This document shows, one piece after another, positions 11,252 to 23,024 of a stretch of 64,000 bases of DNA. Source of the DNA: Mantamonas sphyraenae STR306 (Eukaryota > Protista > CRuMs). The stretch lies in NCBI GenBank assembly GCA_026936335.1, contig JAPMXV010000029.1, forward strand, positions 1 to 64,000, in the 5' to 3' direction. A program made the position numbers and the translations under genes. Each line of letters starts with the position of its first letter. Position 1 is the stretch's first letter. The notes below the pieces were generated by a model. The model was not told the origin of the DNA. It searched no databases and worked only from the letters and a program-made list of their open reading frames with translations.

Positions 11252-12739
11252 TCACTCCTCCTCCACACGTTGCCTCTTCTCCACCTCCGGTTCCTCCTCC
11301 TCCTCCACCTCATCCCTCCCTCGCTTCCTGGTCTCCCCTGACTTCCCCACAGCGACCCTTGCCGGAGCAGCTCCCCTCCCCACCCACCCAATCACCCTCT
11401 CCATTACCTCATCCGGCAGTGTCACCCACCCTTCCCACCCTGCCTCCTCCACATACTCATCCATCCCTCCACACTCAAACATCACCTCCCTCTCCTCCCC
11501 GTTCATCACCAATGCCACCTCCATCGCTTCATCCACCTGTCCACCCCACCCAATCCAATGCCACGCCTTCCTCCACCCTTCCTTCCTCACCATCTCCACC
11601 GTTTTCATCCTCGGCTTTGCACCCCACTCCCGCAACACCTCCACAATCTCATCATCCCCATCCTCAACTGCTACCTCCAGCGCAGTGTACCACCCTTGAC
11701 TACCTGCAATCGTGTCCACAGGCACACCCCACTCCTTCAATTCAGCCATCTTCTCCACATCCCCACACTCCACAAACTCCTCGTGCTGCTCCTTGTTCCT
11801 CTCCAACAGTGACAGCAACGCATCATTTTCAACGCCGTGGATAATGCAGCACGACCGATTGCCTTGCATTGCCTGCACCAGTGATGCTTTTCCTTTGTCC
11901 CCAATGCTGCTACCAAGGAACAGTGCCTGCAGGCTGCAGTTCTCAGCCAGCGCCTGAGCAAGTGCTGCTGCTCCTTCGTCGCAGATTTTGTTGCGTCCGA
12001 GGTACAGTATCTGCAAGCTGCAGTTCTCAGCCAGCGCCTGAGCAAGTGCTGCTGCTCCTTCGTCGCAGATTTTGTTGCCTCCGAGGTCCAGTGTCTGCAA
12101 GCTACTGTTCACACACAGCGCCTGCGCAAGTGCAGCTGCTCCTTCATATCCAATGCTGTTGTCGCCGAGGAACAGTGTCTGCAAGCTGCTGTTCTTCTTC
12201 AGTGCCTGCGCCAGTGCTGCTGCTCCATCTGCCCCGATGCTGTTGTCGCCGAGGTCCAGTGCCTGCAAGCCGCTGTTCACACAAAGTGCCTGCACCAGCG
12301 CAGCTGCTCCTTCATACCCTATGCTGTTGGAGCCGAGGGACAGTGTCTGCAAGCTGCTGTTCTCACCCAGTGCCCGCCCCAGAGCTGCTGCGCCTTCTGC
12401 CCCGAATCTGTTGTGGCTGAGGATCAGTGTCTGCAAGCTGCTGTTCTGAGCAAGTGCCTGCGAAAGTGCCGCTGCTTCGTGGTCACTCAAGTACCAATTG
12501 CAAAGGTCCAATTTCTGTGTTCGAGGTGTCAACACACGTCCCACCCTTCCTACTCACCATCACACCCACCCTACCCCCATCCCTCCTCCCCTTCCCCGTG
12601 CGACGCACGTCACGCTCACCAACTCCCTCCCGATTTCTTTCCGTCAACTCACCCTTCCCTGAGCCTCCAAAGCTTCCACAATCCGCCCATGGTCCCCACT
12701 CTGCAACGATTCCACCCATTCTTCTCTTTCCAAGCCCAT
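11252..12739 (-). CDS. LRR-ANK-F-box-like paralog A (8 LRR, NLS-like tail); exons 12739-12653 and 12514-11252
   Basis: Exon 1 MGLEREEWVESLQSGDH...AQGR then GTGAGT donor; acceptor ACACAG; 28-aa LRRs; ankyrin-like TALEVAVEDGDDEIVEVLREWGA; WVTLPDEVMERVIGW. Confidence 0.88.
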
Positions 12740-13459
12740 AATTCCTGCGGTACTCCACGAGGTCAGCCCCTCTTGATTCCTCCTTCTCGTGCCTCTCTCC
12801 CTATCCCACCCTCACAAGCGCACAAGTCCCCGATTCCCCCGCCCTTCCCTACCCAATGACTGCTCTAAAGTGTGTGTGTGCAATATGCGTTGGATGCACC
12901 TCCGCACAGAGGAAAAGCAGCACTCTGTTCCTTCTTCGCCCCTTCACATCCCGCGTTCACAACACACACACCCAATCACTGTTCACAAACTGCCCACCTA
13001 CATTTTACCCAACTACGCCACAACGTCCACAGTAGAACGGCGTTCCACACCCTTTGTGCGCCCCACCATGCCTCCAGTCCACTCCTGACCCTCTTCCTCC
13101 ATCCACCACCACCACCACACATGAATGAACCACACCTTCCCTCTTCACTCTACTATCCTCCACACATTCCTCCCTCGTCCTTCCCAGCAGCACCTGCCAC
13201 GACTTGCCATCTTCCTTTGGCGGTTGTCTGCCTCCACCGCCCATGCATGCCCTCGTTCACTCTGCCCAGTGCATCCATGCCGTGCTATCACTCCCCAGAG
13301 TGCTTCACACAACGTTCTGTCTTTGTCCATCAGTGCCACCAGCATGGAAGAAACAACCGTTGGCCTCGTCCTCCTCCTGCTTGCCACTGCTGTGTTCACC
13401 CATGCGCCCCATGCAATGCCAATGGCGTCCGCCAAATTCATTCTTGCGACACGAATGAC

Positions 13460-14550
13460 TCTTCACCTTGCTTCCTCTTCCCGAATCTGAGTCGCCGCCC
13501 ATCTTCCTGCTCTTCGGCCCGCGTGTGCGGATGGCTGCGTCCATGCACACACACATGCTACCCCAACCGTCCCTCCTTCCCCCCACCCCTCTTCACCACC
13601 ATCCATCCCCATACCCTCCTCCCTTGCCACCCTGGGGTGATTTTGTCGCAAGGTGGCAATCCGGCCTCCATCAACTCCGCCTCCCACACACGCCACAGGC
13701 CCCTCCACGCCCTCATCCTCCGTTCTCTGGGCCCGCATCCTCCCATTCCACCTCTCCACCAAGTTCCTCAAATTCGATGAAAAATGTGCCTGGTGGTGGT
13801 CGTGGCGTCGATTTTGCTTGTCGCCTTGCCAGCCCAGCCGCACCTCGCCGCCTTCCTGCGCCACAAACCGCCCTCCCACAGACCACACACCCCCTTGATC
13901 ACCACGCCCACCTCTTGCACCTGTGTGCAGTCACCCACACACTTCCCAAGCACACTTCTACCACAGTCAGGCTGTGCATTCGTGAGCAGTGTCGCAGAAA
14001 CTCACGCAGCTTGGTGTCAGGCGGTGGGCCGAGCACCCGCACCTTTTGCCGCCGCCCTGCTCGCACCACAGGCCACCCCATGCCCTCAGCCTCGGTCTCC
14101 GCCCTCCACACATCAACCACACCCCACTGACCCTCATTCCACTTTTCGCCACTTTTCGACCATTGTCGACATGGTGAACAACCAGCCGCTCTCCACCAAA
14201 ATCACCCAAAATACGAAACTGCCTCTGCGCGTGTGTTTCCCATGCACTCGACTACACGCATGGTCTTAGGATCCAGTGAGGGCTGTGCGCTGACACAGGA
14301 CAGGGTTTGTGTGCGTTGATCCTCACACAGGCGGAGTTTCTACTTCGCTGGTGTCATCCATACAGCCACGGTGTCACCAAAGGCCAATGCATCATCCGCG
14401 ACAGTCCCATGGTATCCACTTCACAGAGAAGGAACATCCAGAGATGACTGACAAAGCGACCAGAGGCCCTATGAGCCACTGTGTGTTGGTCTCCCTCGTT
14501 CGCACCACCATGCCACAACCTCATCTCCAGGCAGGTGCAACCCACCATCC
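13460..14550. repeat. Intergenic repeat, copy 1 (diverged copy at ~29600-30550)
   Basis: Shared blocks such as AATTCGATGAAAAATGTGCCTGGTGGTGGTCGTGGCGTCG and ACACTTCCCAAGCACACTTCTACCACAGTCAGGCTGTGCATTCGTGAGCAG. Confidence 0.85.
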
Positions 14551-14762
14551 CCGCCATTGTCACCCATGCCGTCACTCCCTTCTCCCACTCGACCCCTTGA
14601 CTGCCCAACCCCAACCCAACAACACTGCACCCTCTTTGACCGTATCACACTCCGCATCACCTTCCATTCATTCCACTCTTCAACGCCTCTCCAATCCCTT
14701 GCCCTCCTCCTCCAAAAACCACCGCCTTGAATGAACGCATCCATTCCCACACCCTCCCCACC

Positions 14763-16350
14763 TCACTCTCCCCTCCCCACCCACCCAATCACCCTCTCCA
14801 TTACCTCATCTGGAAGCGTCACCCACCCTTCCCACCCTCCCTCCTCCAGATACTCCTCCATCCCTCCACACTCAAACATCACTTCCCTCTCCTCTCCATT
14901 CATCACCAACGCCACTTCCATTGCCCCATCCACCTGTCCACCCCACCCAATCCAATGCCACGCCTTCCTCCACCCTTCCTTCCTCACCATCTCCACCGTT
15001 TCCATCCTTGGCTTTGCACCCCACTCCCGCAACACCTCCACAATCCTCTCATCCCCTCGCGTCACTGCTCTCTCCAGCGCATTCTTCCTCCCCCTCTCCC
15101 CTGCAAACGTGTCGACAGGCACCCCCCACTCCATCAACTCTCTCATCCTCTCCACATCCCCACACTCCACAAACTCCACGTGATGCTTCCTGTTCCTCTC
15201 CAACAGTGACCACAAAGAGGTATCGAAAACGCCGTAGATCCTCCAGCAGGACCGATTGCCTTCCATTGCCCTTGTCAGTGCTGCTTCTCCCTCATCCATG
15301 ATGCTGATCCTGCTGAGGTCCAGCGACTGCAAGCTGTTGTTCTCAGCCAGCGCCTGCGCCAGTGCTGCTGCTCCTTCATCCCCGAGGCTGTTGTCGTTAA
15401 CTTCCAGCTTCTGCAAGCTGCTGTTCACACTCAGTGCCTGCGCCAGTGCTGTTGCACCGTCTGTTCCGATATTGTTGAGGCTGAGACCCAGTGTACGCAG
15501 GCTACGGTTCTCACACAGTGCCTTGGCCAGCGCTTTTGCTCCTTCTGTTCCGATGTTGTTGGTGTAGACAAAGAGTGTCTGCAAGCTGCTGTTCACACAC
15601 AGTGCCTTTGCCAGCGCTGCTGCTCCTTCTGCACCAACGCTGTTGCCCCAGAGCTTCAGTGAGTGCAAGCTGGAGTTCTCGCAAATTGCCTGCGCCAGCG
15701 CTGCTGCTCCTTCTGCACCGACGCTGTTGCCCCAGAGGTTCAGTGAGTGCAAGCTGGAGTTCTCGCAAATTGCCTGTGCCAACGCTGCTGCCCCTTCTGC
15801 CCCGATGTTGTTGTTGCCGAGAAAGAGTTTCTGCAAGCTGTTGCTGGCAATCAGTGCTTGCGCAAGTGCTGATGCGCCTTCTGCCTCGATGCTGTTGTCG
15901 TTGAGGTACAGTGTCTGAAGGCTGCGGTTCATACACAGTGCCTGCGCCAGTGCTGCTGCCCCTTCGTCCCCGATTCTGTTGCCGCTTAGTTCCAGTTTCT
16001 GCAAGCTGCTGTATTCACTAAGCACCTGCGCCAGTGCTGCTGCCCCTTCGTCCCCGATACTGTTCTTGTTCAACGACAATTTCCTCAAGCTCCTGTTCTT
16101 TCCCAGCGCCTTGGCCAGTGCTACTGCCTCATTGTCTCCCAACTGCTTGTGAACAATGATCAACTTCCGTGCTCCACGTGTCAGCACACATTCTTTCCCT
16201 TCGCCCACTCGCTTCTGGACGTGACACAACCATTCCGTCCGCGTTCCGGGCGCAACACACCTCTTCCTCTGCCTCCAGAGCACTGCCAATCCGTGCATGA
16301 TCCCCGCTCTGCAGCAAAGCCACCCAATCATCCATCTTTGTTGAGCTCAT
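14763..16350 (-). CDS. Paralog B (11 LRR, no tail); exons 16350-16261 and ~16163-14763
   Basis: Exon 1 MSSTKMDDWVALLQSGDH...; the family CAG acceptor reads CGG here, with an in-frame AAG 3 nt later. Confidence 0.82.
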
Positions 16351-16759
16351 CTGCTTGCCCGTTGTGAGCGTGTGTGCACCACCGTTTCCTCTCCTTCGCT
16401 TCCACGGCCGCCCTCCTCCTCCCCCTCCCCTCCATCCCACACTTCTCTATTCACCCAAACCTACCTACACTGCGGTCCCGTAAGAATGTGACAGCTCCAA
16501 AATGCGTTGTGTGCTGCTGCGCTTGCCTACACCGTACCGCTGCAAAAGGCCTCCAAACCTTCCCTCCCTCGCAATGGACTGCCAGTGCAACCACCCCTTC
16601 CATTGCACTGGCATTGCTATCTGTGTGTTGAATGTACATTCTCCCCACATTGCCATCCCCGTCGTCCAAGATCCTCCCTACCTTCCTGCCACTCTCCTGC
16701 CCTTTCCTCCTCTCCTGCGTCCGACGTCAATTCCTCCTTGCTGATCACCCCCCAAACCT

Positions 16760-18375
16760 TCACTCCTCCTCCACACGTTGCCTCTTCTCCACCGCTTCCT
16801 CCTCTTCCTCTTCCACCTCATCTCTCTCTCGCTTCCTCGTCTCCCCTGACCTCCCCACAGCGACCCTTGCCGGAGCAGCTCCCCTCCCCACCCACCCAAT
16901 CACCCTCTCCATCACCTCATCTGGAAGTGTCACCCACCCTCCCCACCCTGTCTCCTCCACATACTCCTCCATCCCACCACACGCAAACATCACCTCCCTC
17001 TCCTCAACATTCATCACCAACGCCACCTCCATCGCTTCATCCACCTGTCCACCCCACCCAATCCAATGCCACGCCTTCCTCCACCCTTCCTCCCTCACCA
17101 TCTCCACCGTTTCCATCCTTGGCTTTGCACCCCACGCTCGCAACACTTCCACAATCCTCTCATCCCCTTTCTCCACTGCTCTCTCCAGCGCCGTAGTCCT
17201 TCCGTACCCCCGTGCAAACGTGTCCACAGGCACACCCCACTCCTTCAACGCAGCCATCCTCTCCACATTTCCACACTCCACAAACTCCACGTGATGCTTC
17301 CTATTTCTCTCCAACAGTGACTGATAAGCGGCATTGCGAACGCCTTCGATGTTCCAGCACGACCGATTGCCCTCCATTGCCTGCCCCAGTGCTGCTGCTC
17401 CTTCGTCCCCGATTCTGTTGTCGCTGAGGTACAGTATCTGCAAGCTGCTGTTCTCCCTCAGCGCCTGCGCCAGTGCTGTTGCACCTTCTTCCCCAACGCC
17501 GGTACCGGTGAGGTCCAGATTCTGCAAGCTGCGGTTAACACTCAGCGCCTGCGCAAGTGCAGCTGCTCCTTCTGCCCCGATGCGATTGCTGACGAGTTGC
17601 AGAGTCTGAACGCTGCTGTTCTCAATCAATGCCTGCGCCAGTGCCGTTGCTCCATCGGCCCCGATCCCGTTGTCCCAGAGATTCAGTCTCTGCAAACTGC
17701 TGTTCGCAATCAGTGCCTTCGCAATTGCAGCTGCTCCATCTTCCCCGATGCTGTTGAGCCTGAGGTTCATTGCCTGCAAGCTGCTGTTCTCCCTCAATGC
17801 CTGCGCAAGTGCCGTTGCTCCATCTGCCCCGATCCCGTTGTCCCGGAGGTCCAGTGTCTGCAAGCTGCTGTTCCCACCCAGCGCCTGCGCAAGTGCCGTT
17901 GCTCCATCTGCCCCGATCCCGTTGGCGCTGAGATCCAGTCTCTGCAAGCTGCTGTTCCCACCCAGTGCCTGCGCCAGTGCTGCTGCGCCTTCTGCCCCGA
18001 TGCTGTTGTTGTAGAGTTTCAGTGTCTGCAAGCTGCTGTTTAAACAAAGTGCCTGCGCCAGTGCGGCTGCTCCTTCGTCTCCAATTCTGTTCCAGCCGAG
18101 GCTCAGTATCCGCAAGCTTGTGTTCGTCCCTAGCGCCTTGGCCAGTGCTACTGTCCCATAACCTCCGAGGTTCGCGAATTCAATACTCATCATCTGTGCT
18201 CCACGTGTCAGCACACACTCCATTGTTGCTCTTCATCCGCTTCCTGACGTGCCAAACATCCCTCCGCATCCCAGTCGCAACCCACCTCTCCCACTGCCTC
18301 CAGTGCGCTACAAATCCGTTCATGATCCCCGCCATTCAGCAACTTGCGCCACTCTTTCCTCTTCGACGACTTCAT
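16760..18375 (-). CDS. Paralog C (10 LRR, NLS-like tail); exons 18375-18286 and 18193-16760
   Basis: Exon 1 MKSSKRKEWRKLLNGGDH; GT..CTGAC..CAG intron; family domains intact. Confidence 0.9.
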
Positions 18376-18949
18376 ATCGTCTGCGTTGCCCGTTGCGAGA
18401 GCGTGAGCACCTCCGTTCCCTCCCCCTCCCTTCTGCCGCCGCCCTCCTCCTCCCTCTCCACCACCACTCCATCCCACACGTCCTCTGTCCACCCCACTCC
18501 ACCTACATTGCGACCCTGCGAGAATGTGACAGCTCCAAGATGCGTTGCCTCCTGCTGCGCTTGCACCCCGCCCACTCCCTTCCCCCCTCCCTCCCCGCTC
18601 CCTCCGATTCCAGCAAAGTCACCCCTCCCCTCTCCACCTCCCCTGAACTCTAAACTCGACCCCTATCCCCTCAAAAGCACGTCCATTCCACCTGCCGATC
18701 ACCCACCACCAGCCACTGTTCACTCCTCCTCCACAACGGTTTGAGAGGTGTACCCACCCAGTGCACACTGCCGGATGAGGTGATAAACAGGGTCTTTGGA
18801 TGGATCGGAAAGACATAGTCCCACACGTGACCAACCTGAACGTGCTGCCGATTTTTCGCGTTCAGCCGGTGCGTGGAACGGGGTTGAAGCGGAGAGCAGA
18901 TGGGCAGCAGCGTGTGAGATCAGCTCACATGAAATACCGTCCAGACACA

Positions 18950-20728
18950 ATGACCACACAGGGGGCAGTCGACTGGACCACCCTGTTGCGCGACGGCGAC
19001 GAGAAGCAGATTTGTTCCGCGTTGGAGGCTGCAGGAAAGGCAAGGCGAGGATACGAGAGCGTGCAATGGCCGTGCCGTGCTGCTGACACGCGTCGTCAAA
19101 ACCAGGAATTGGATCTTGCGCAAAGACGTGTCGAAAAGTCTGCCGCGGCCACAGATGTGTTGGACGCTTTTCACAACAGAATCGGTGTCCACGAAGCAGG
19201 CGCACTGGCCAAAGCACTGGAGGCGAACACAACCATCCAAACACTGGACTTGTCTTTGCAAAGCACATGCGATGACGGAGCGGTGGCATTGGCCGCCGCA
19301 CTGGCAACAAACACGTGTTTGCGCACACTGAATCTGAAAGGCAACTGCATCGGGGCCGAGGGGACAGCTGCACTTGCCCAAGGATTGTCACAGAATACTT
19401 CATTGCAGGGATTGCATCTTGGGGCGAACAGCATTGGCGCAGAAGGAGCTGCTGCACTCGCACAGGCATTGGTTGTGAGTGTGCACCTGACCTCACTGGA
19501 CCTCACCAACTGCGACATCGGCACCCGTGGGGCGTGCGCACTGGCCGTTGCACTGGAAGAGAATCACGGGTTGCGCACACTGAACCTCAACCACAACAAC
19601 ATCGGCCCAAGAGGAGCAACTGCGTTGGCCACCGCCGCTGTGGCACGGAGCTGCAGTTTGGAGATGCTCACGCTCGGCGACAACGTGGTAGGCGCAGACG
19701 GAGCAGCAGCCATGGCCAACGCATTGCGTGGAAACCACTGTTTGCAGACACTGGACCTCAGCGCCAACTGGATCGGGGCAGAAGGGGCTGCAGCACTGGC
19801 CAAGGGGCTGCAAGGAAACACCAGCCTGTAGGAGCTCAACCTCGATCGCAACGCCATCGTCTCGGAAGGAGCCACAGTGCTGGCCGAAGCGCTGGAGGGA
19901 AGCAGCAGTTTGCAGACGCTGACACTCGGGAGAAACGGAATCGGGCCGGAAGGGGCCGCGGCTCTGGCCAGGGCACTGCAGAAGAACGTCAGCTTGCACA
20001 CACTGGACCTGAACAACAACAGCGTCGGAGAGCATGGGACCACAGTGCTGGCCGAAGCGCTGGAGGGAAGCAGCAGTTTGCAGACGCTGAAACTTGTCAG
20101 GAACGGCGTCGGCCCGGACGGGGCCGTGGCTCTGGCCAGAGCTTTGGAGAGGAACCGCAGCCTGCAGAGACTGTTCCTGCGAAACAATAGAATGGGTGCA
20201 CAGGGGGCAAAGGCACTGGCCGAGGCACTGGAGGAGAACAGGAGCTGCTGGGAAATCGACGGCATCGGGCAGAGTGCGACCACAGCAAGAAATCGTGACA
20301 TGGCCCATTCGTTCGTGATGAGTGCTGGACGAGGAGATGTCAAAGCGATGGAGGAGCTGCTGGCTTGGGGTGTGTCTGTGGACACGTGTGCAGGGGATGG
20401 AGGAGGCAAGGAGGAGACTGCGTTGGTGAGTGCTGTGCAACGCGAGGATGAGGCAGTGGTCGAGTTGTTGCGAGCGTGGGGTGCGAAACCAAGGATGGAA
20501 ACGGTTAAGATGGTGAGGGAGGCAGGGTGGAGGAAGGCGTGGCATTGGATTGGATGGGGTGGAGAGGTGGATGTGGCGATGGAGACGGCGCTGGTGATGA
20601 ATGGGGAGGAGAGGGAGGTGATGTTTGAGTGTGGTGGCATGGGAGGGTATGAGGCGACGTGTGATTGGTGGACGGTGCCGGATGAGCTGATGGAGAGGGT
20701 GTTGGAGTGGCTGGCCAAGGGAGGGTGA
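18950..20728 (+). pseudogene. Inverted, divergent paralog D (~14 LRR) with an in-frame TAG at 19829-19831
   Basis: ORFs 18800-19831 and 19877-20728 share a frame and are separated by one TAG at the Gln (CAG) position of an LRR; ankyrin and WTVPDELMERVLEW C-terminus intact; putative GC-AG intron at 19040-19105. Confidence 0.8.
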
Positions 20729-20856
20729 GCCAAGTGACATCATTGCCACACATTGAATTCTCCCTCTCCCCTCTCTGTATCACTCACCCCTCCCCTGCTG
20801 CTCCCCGTGCTCCTCCCCGCTGGATCCCCCCCTGCTGTGTCCACACTTTGGTGCCA

Positions 20857-22800
20857 TCATCGCCCGTTCACATTTGGTTGTCCATGCTTTGCATTCCCCA
20901 TCCAACCCGTCACGTAAACACTGCCATCGGCGCCAACCACAACGCCCTTGCACCCCCGGTCGTCAACTCCATGTGCCCCACACCCAAGTCCACAATTGAG
21001 TCCGATCAAAACCACACATCTCCGTTGTCCAAATGCACTTTGGCCGTCCAGCGTGCCACACACACACACACACACTGCTGTGCGGTTGGTCGCATCGCAA
21101 GCCACGGCGGCTTGTGGCATCCGCAAATGAATGAATGATGTGCCCCCACACGGTCCACGCCTTGGTCAGCACCAAATCCTTGTCGCCCACATTTGTCTGG
21201 CCATCCCACCGCCTGGTACGTGCGTCCAGAGACGTACCCATCCATGGCTACGACAGGGTCCCCACGTCCAGCCTCCCAGGGTCCTGGGTGCTCCCCAGCG
21301 TCCCGTCTGTGCCGCGTTCCTGGACAACGCCAGGGAGAGACGCCGTCTGACTCTGTGCCCAGCTGGTCGTCGCTCATTGCGACAGTGCCCACGTTGCCAT
21401 TGCTTCGAATGCCCACTGCTGCACCACGCAGGTTGGGTTGCCGACCAATGCACCCACCCACAGCACATGTGCTGTGTGTCCGAGTCCCATCATCATCACC
21501 AAACACTGCCCCTCGACTCGTCACTCCCTCCCGGCCATGCCTCCCTTGAGAGGAGTCCACCCATCCGCCAGAGAGGCACTGTCTGCCACAGCGCTGACCC
21601 TTTGCCCACTTGGCACCCACCCGCACATGCCACTGCGTCGTGCCCCCTTTGTCGACACCCCGAGTGGCCAGTCCGTCCGACCGTGGTTCACCAGCGGGTC
21701 CTCCACTGCAATCGATTCGGCTGCAACCAGCACACTGCTCCATGCCACTTGCCACACCATAGTCCGCAACTCGCACCAAGATAGAACACGTCGTTCTGTC
21801 CCTTGGCCGATCCTGGGCCAGTCACGACCAAATCCGCCAGCCTCCATGGCACAAACCCCCCCCCCCAAAAGGAACCCGCCTCGCTGGCAGTAATGCCCCA
21901 CTCCTGCCTCCAGCTCTTTGCTCCCGTTGCTCTCTTCCACAGCGTTTGCACACAATGTCCTGTTGCCCTGCGTGTGTGGGTTGCCATCCACAGAGGCGAT
22001 CGCAAAGCCAGTGCCATACACGTCGTCGTCACCGTCCACAACGACGCCGTACCCAAAGACGTGTCGTGTGCGCCCGCACCGATGCCCCAAAGACGCGTCC
22101 ACACCCTTGGCCCCGTCTGCACTCCACTTGGTCAGGAACATGGTCTGCAGCTGTCCGCGTGGTTGTCTCTGCCTCCAGTGCACCTCCACCTTCAGACCCA
22201 TGTGACAACACACACGCTTCCCTTGTGTGTGTGAGATCGACCGCACCACCCATTCCCCTTCCCGCAGTCATTGCTGCTGATGCCCCATTTTGCTTCGTCC
22301 ACACGAATGTTCCATTTGCTCGCCCACTTGTTCACAACGATATCGTGGCCACCGCCATGGGTGTGTGCCTTCTGTGACCCGGAGCTCTGCACGGCGACGC
22401 TTGCACCCTGCTCATGATGGGTGCTGCTTCCCCATGGTCGCATCCACACCCGGCTGCCATCCTTTGCATCAGTCTTGCTCGGGAACACGTCGTCCAGTCC
22501 AACGTGCGTTGTGTCCTTGCAAACTGCCCCGAGTGAGCCCCTTTGCTTCCTCTTCTCCCGAGATGCAAACCTGTCGATCCAACCCCACTGTTGGGTCCAC
22601 ACTCTCGTCCCGTTCGGCATCCAGCGGAAGCAGGATAATGGTTGGTGCCCGTCCCTGGAAAGGAAAGCCCGTCCACTGGACCAGAGGCGTGTCCACGTTG
22701 CAAAGAAGGACCCGGGAGTTCCCGAAGCTTCGCTACGTTACTGCTCAGAGCCCCTCGTCGGGCTCTTTCCATGTCCAGGCTCCCTCCGCCGCGTGTCCAC
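20857..22800 (-). pseudogene. Degraded SBBP-like beta-propeller repeat gene remnant
   Basis: Frameshifted fragments NGTRVWTQQWG, VWTRLWG, GYGVVVDGDDDVYGTGF and GVVVGADGSVYVTGW resemble the repeats at the start of the 57969-64000 protein. Confidence 0.65.
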
Positions 22801-23024
22801 ACATGCCAACCATGCAGTTCAAGGCCAGTGCAAAGAGACGCGAAGATTTCCCTCGTTTGATCATTGTTTGGCTGCCCTGCGCGCCTGCGTCAGTGTTGTC
22901 TTCTTCCACATCGCCGCACAACCCTCCAACCCAAACCCACCAAAGCAATCCCAACGATAGACTGAATCGCATTGGATGCACGTATCGCCACGCGTGGACC
23001 TGTGCACTTCAGCATGGTGTGGTG

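Noticed and set aside
13460-14550. Intergenic repeats as transposons or MITEs
   Set aside because: No terminal inverted repeats or TSDs seen; same orientation and position relative to array genes is better explained by segmental duplication
19829-19831. TAG-to-Gln alternative genetic code
   Set aside because: It is a single instance; the other long ORFs contain no in-frame TAG, which would be expected often if TAG encoded Gln
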